In this document: positions 28,786 through 30,165 of the stretch, one piece after another
Layout: each line of letters starts with the position of its first letter
How positions within the stretch are numbered: position 1 is the stretch's first letter
NCBI GenBank assembly: GCA_046759445.1
Contig: JBHICG010000041.1
Location: forward strand, 1 to 30,165
Direction: 5' to 3'
Length of the DNA: 30,165 nt
Source: Candidatus Scalinduaceae bacterium
GTDB taxonomy: Bacteria > Planctomycetota > Brocadiia > Brocadiales > Scalinduaceae
Made by a program: the position numbers and the translations under genes
Notes under the pieces: model-generated
Seen by the model: only the letters and a program-made list of their open reading frames with translations
The model's database searches: none
What the model was told of the DNA's origin: nothing

Positions 28786-29619
28786 TTAGAATTCATCGGG
28801 CATTTTGCTTATTTCTTCAGCCGTAAAGACGGGGCCATCTTTACAAACATAAGTACAGCCAATATTACACCTGCCGCATTTCCCCAGTCCGCACTTCATC
28901 CTATTCTCAAGAGTGGTATATACTTTTTCTTGTTTAAAACCCAGTTTTTCCAGTACAGGCAATGTAAACTTAATCATTATGGGAGGCCCACATACTATAG
29001 CGATTGTGTTATCGCTGCTGGGCGCTGTTTGCTCCACAACGGTTGGGACAAAGCCCACCTTGCCGCTCCAATCTGGAGTTTCTCCTCCTGGATCAACTGT
29101 GGTAACCAGATTAACATCGTCTCTTGCATCCCATTCCTTAAGTTCGTGTTTATATACCAGGTCTGCAACGGTTTTTGCTCCGTAAACGATCGTGATATCT
29201 TTATACTTGTCACGAAGGTCTAAACAATTCCAGATGACACATCTTAATGGCGGTAACGCAATGCCTCCTGCAATAAATACTAGGTTCTTCCCTTCCCACT
29301 CCTCTATAGGAAATATGTTTCCGTATGGCCCCCTGAATCCTATAGCGTCACCTACATTAAGCTCTCTTAATGCATTAGTTACCCTTCCTGCCTGTCTGAA
29401 GGTACATTCAATGTAGTCTTTTCGTGTGGGCGATGAGGCAATGCAAAAAGTAGATTCACCATAACCAAATACAGAATACAAGGCGAATTGTCCTGCTTCA
29501 AATCGGAAATTTTTCCCTTCATCTTCTTCTAGAAACTTTAGCCTGAGTGTTCTTACACCAGGGGCCTCATCTATCATATCGCTGATATTCATAAGATACG
29601 GTCTATATATGTTCTCCAT
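28786..29619 (-). CDS. FAD/NAD(P)-binding oxidoreductase with 2Fe-2S (AsrB/HydG-like)
   Basis: GFRGPYGN, AGGIALPPLR, CGPPIM, MKCGLGKCGRC...CKDGPVF. Confidence 0.92.
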   Translation of the reverse strand: MENIYRPYLMNISDMIDEAPGVRTLRLKFLEEDEGKNFRFEAGQFALYSVFGYGESTFCIASSPTRKDYIECTFRQAGRVTNALRELNVGDAIGFRGPYGNIFPIEEWEGKNLVFIAGGIALPPLRCVIWNCLDLRDKYKDITIVYGAKTVADLVYKHELKEWDARDDVNLVTTVDPGGETPDWSGKVGFVPTVVEQTAPSSDNTIAIVCGPPIMIKFTLPVLEKLGFKQEKVYTTLENRMKCGLGKCGRCNIGCTYVCKDGPVFTAEEISKMPDEF

Positions 29620-29631
29620 TTATATGTTTCC

Positions 29632-30165
29632 TTATTCAGGTGAATTGTCTTCGGATGCTATTATTTTAAGCATTTCAGAAATATTCATATCTGCCGGACA
29701 AACTCGCGAACATCTCCCGCATCCGACACAGAGAATACTGTCAAAATTTTCTACATAATACTTAAACTTATGCATAATCCTCTGGCGCCACCGTTGGTCT
29801 TGTGTTGACCTTGGATTGTGTCCAGATGTATGCAGCGTAAACATCTTGAACTGGCATCCATCCCAATTTTTGACCCTATCTCCTTTTGACATCGTACACT
29901 CATCAACAATATCAAAGCAATGGCATGTAGGACATACAAATGTGCATGCACCGCAACCTATACATTTCATGGAGAATTCGGCCCATACTTTGTGTACAAA
30001 ATTTTCATCGAGCCATGGCTTTACCTTTTCTATTTCAAACTTCTCCTCAACTGTAACCACCTGTCTATTGAGAGTTTCAGTACCGGGATTGTCAGCAGGT
30101 GTAAAAACTGTTTCTAAACTTTCTACCAGTTTTTCACCTTTTTCTGTTACTGTTTCAGCCAGATA
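29632..30165 (-). CDS. 4Fe-4S dicluster protein (AsrA/HydB-like), 5' end outside window
   Basis: CIGCGACTFVCPTCHCFD, RWRQRIMHKF, CVGCGRCSRVCP; frame open to the window edge. Confidence 0.92.
   Translation of the reverse strand, partial: YLAETVTEKGEKLVESLETVFTPADNPGTETLNRQVVTVEEKFEIEKVKPWLDENFVHKVWAEFSMKCIGCGACTFVCPTCHCFDIVDECTMSKGDRVKNWDGCQFKMFTLHTSGHNPRSTQDQRWRQRIMHKFKYYVENFDSILCVGCGRCSRVCPADMNISEMLKIIASEDNSPE

Noticed and set aside
28690..29223. 177-aa plus-strand ORF and other antisense ORFs (e.g. 15687-16115, 18756-19181, 19025-19390, 23856-24242)
   Set aside because: They are shadows of well-supported genes on the opposite strand and carry no motifs.
28786..30165. Assigning the AsrA/AsrB-like pair to sulfite reductase or sulfhydrogenase
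   Set aside because: No asrC or hydrogenase subunit follows, and the upstream genes are outside the window; it could equally be an Hdr/Flx-type module.

Overview
AT-rich bacterial chromosomal window. It is probably from a planctomycete of the anammox (Brocadiales) type; this is inferred from a PVC-signature small basic protein and the gene content. The window opens in the 3' part of a tRNA-Arg(CCT) gene. The 3' half of that tRNA recurs at 4289 and 6196, each copy preceded by the same ~130-bp homologous end sequence (IHF-like box, TGTCAAGTAAA arm-like motif). This defines two tandem elements integrated at the tRNA, with no integrase in the window. Element 1 carries a tight three-gene operon (hypothetical 169 aa, HExxH zincin-like 490 aa, dUTPase-fold dCTP deaminase), the best candidate for an undescribed system and plausibly antiviral, plus a cold-shock gene. 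Element 2 carries a PD-(D/E)xK-like + RAMA-like protein. The middle is core genes: TPR protein, rluD, tatA, an uncalled bL37-like 32-aa ORF, macrodomain, TauE pseudogene, tldD-pilT-pilU-pmbA, ligA, PVC small basic protein and an aminotransferase. A second accessory patch (~20.2-25.5 kb) holds an eroded type III restriction-modification locus, bcp, an EEP nuclease with integron-cassette-like boundaries, an IS605/REP-like hairpin relic and a SpoIIAA-like pseudogene. The window ends with dtd, DUF4126, rtcA, a protein with an H1-like tail, and AsrB/AsrA-like oxidoreductase genes. All family calls come from motif recognition only; no database searches were run.
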